Source: Candidatus Nomurabacteria bacterium RIFCSPLOWO2_01_FULL_46_18 (GTDB taxonomy: Bacteria > Patescibacteriota > Minisyncoccia > Phycocordibacterales > UBA9973). From it: 41,427 bases of DNA. The position numbers were made by a program, and so were the translations under genes. The notes beneath the pieces are model-generated. The model was not told the DNA's origin, did no database searches, and saw only the letters and a program-made list of their open reading frames with translations. The stretch lies in NCBI GenBank assembly GCA_001786015.1, contig MFVH01000001.1:1-41427 (forward strand), given 5' to 3'. Positions 41,305-41,427 of the stretch are shown here, piece after piece; position 1 is the stretch's first letter; each line of letters starts with the position of its first letter.

Positions 41305-41427
41305 GAGTTAGGATTGCCAAGAGAACTTGGCACGAAAAATTTTTCGAAAAATTTGGTGCTGTAGGGGGAGAGATTGAAAAGAACGGCCAGGGTGAAAAGA
41401 ATCAGAGAAAAGCCGGTGCTCAAAAAT
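41301..41427 (-). CDS. Possible 3' end of a membrane-protein gene entering from the right edge of the window
   Basis: The minus-strand frame is open from the window edge: FLSTGFSLILFTLAVLFNLSPYSTKFFEKFFVPSSLGNPNS-stop. A second frame is also open, so both the frame and the coding status are uncertain. Confidence 0.2.
   Translation of the reverse strand, partial: FLSTGFSLILFTLAVLFNLSPYSTKFFEKFFVPSSLGNPNS

Noticed and set aside
1-41427. CRISPR arrays, rRNA genes, IS elements or transposases, prophage or integrase genes near the tRNAs, and an alternative genetic code (UGA as a sense codon).
   Set aside because: No regularly spaced repeats, no rRNA-like sequence and no transposase or integrase motifs were seen. 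TGA terminates polA and the four-helix-bundle gene, and all conserved genes are intact under the standard code.

Overview
This is a very compact, gene-dense bacterial chromosomal segment. It uses the standard code: TGA acts as a stop (e.g. polA and the four-helix-bundle gene), and no conserved gene has an in-frame TGA. Gene content suggests a reduced-genome Patescibacteria/CPR-like organism: a short YidC, a T4SS-pilin-type protein, many small secreted hypotheticals, and almost no intergenic DNA. That assignment is inference only.

Contents, left to right:
- holA-like fragment, ICMT-like methyltransferase, polA, a PilB/GspE ATPase, a LOG-family protein, then ruvB-yebC-ruvC.
- tyrS and a class A PBP.
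- The replication-initiation neighbourhood: dnaN-dnaA divergent from rpmH-rnpA-yidD-yidC-jag.
- A 13-kb block of 11 minus-strand genes (16285-29219) encoding a minimal Gram-positive-type type IV secretion-like apparatus. It has a VirB4-like ATPase, a PrgI/VirB3-like protein, a VirB6-like polytopic protein, a pilin-domain/M15 peptidase fusion, and several unassignable secreted proteins. No relaxase, coupling protein, VirB11 or integrase is present.
- rsmA, pcrA/uvrD, a LysM-M23 peptidase behind a 344-nt leader, and a ZIP transporter.
- A VKOR/DoxX-like/cupredoxin-like module, a yraN-like gene, five tRNAs (Gly-UCC, Pro-UGG, Gly-GCC, Arg-UCG, Arg-CCG; none encodes CCA), and the CCA-adding enzyme.
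- A 558-aa cysteine-rich zinc-ribbon protein, an acylphosphatase-like protein and a TrmB-family regulator.

Observations most worth follow-up:
1. The orphan T4SS-like cluster and its unusual components.
2. An Avd/23S-IVS-type four-helix-bundle gene bracketed by 25-nt inverted repeats inside that operon.
3. A 34-nt GC-rich palindromic repeat inserted in-frame, in opposite orientations, into two unrelated genes, with degenerate copies next to tRNAs.
4. Two tRNA genes whose discriminator base is 1 nt from the ATG of the next gene, alongside several promoters placed for leaderless mRNAs.
5. Two candidate structured RNAs (5534-5680 and 32127-32470).

I saw no rRNA, CRISPR array, transposase or phage genes.
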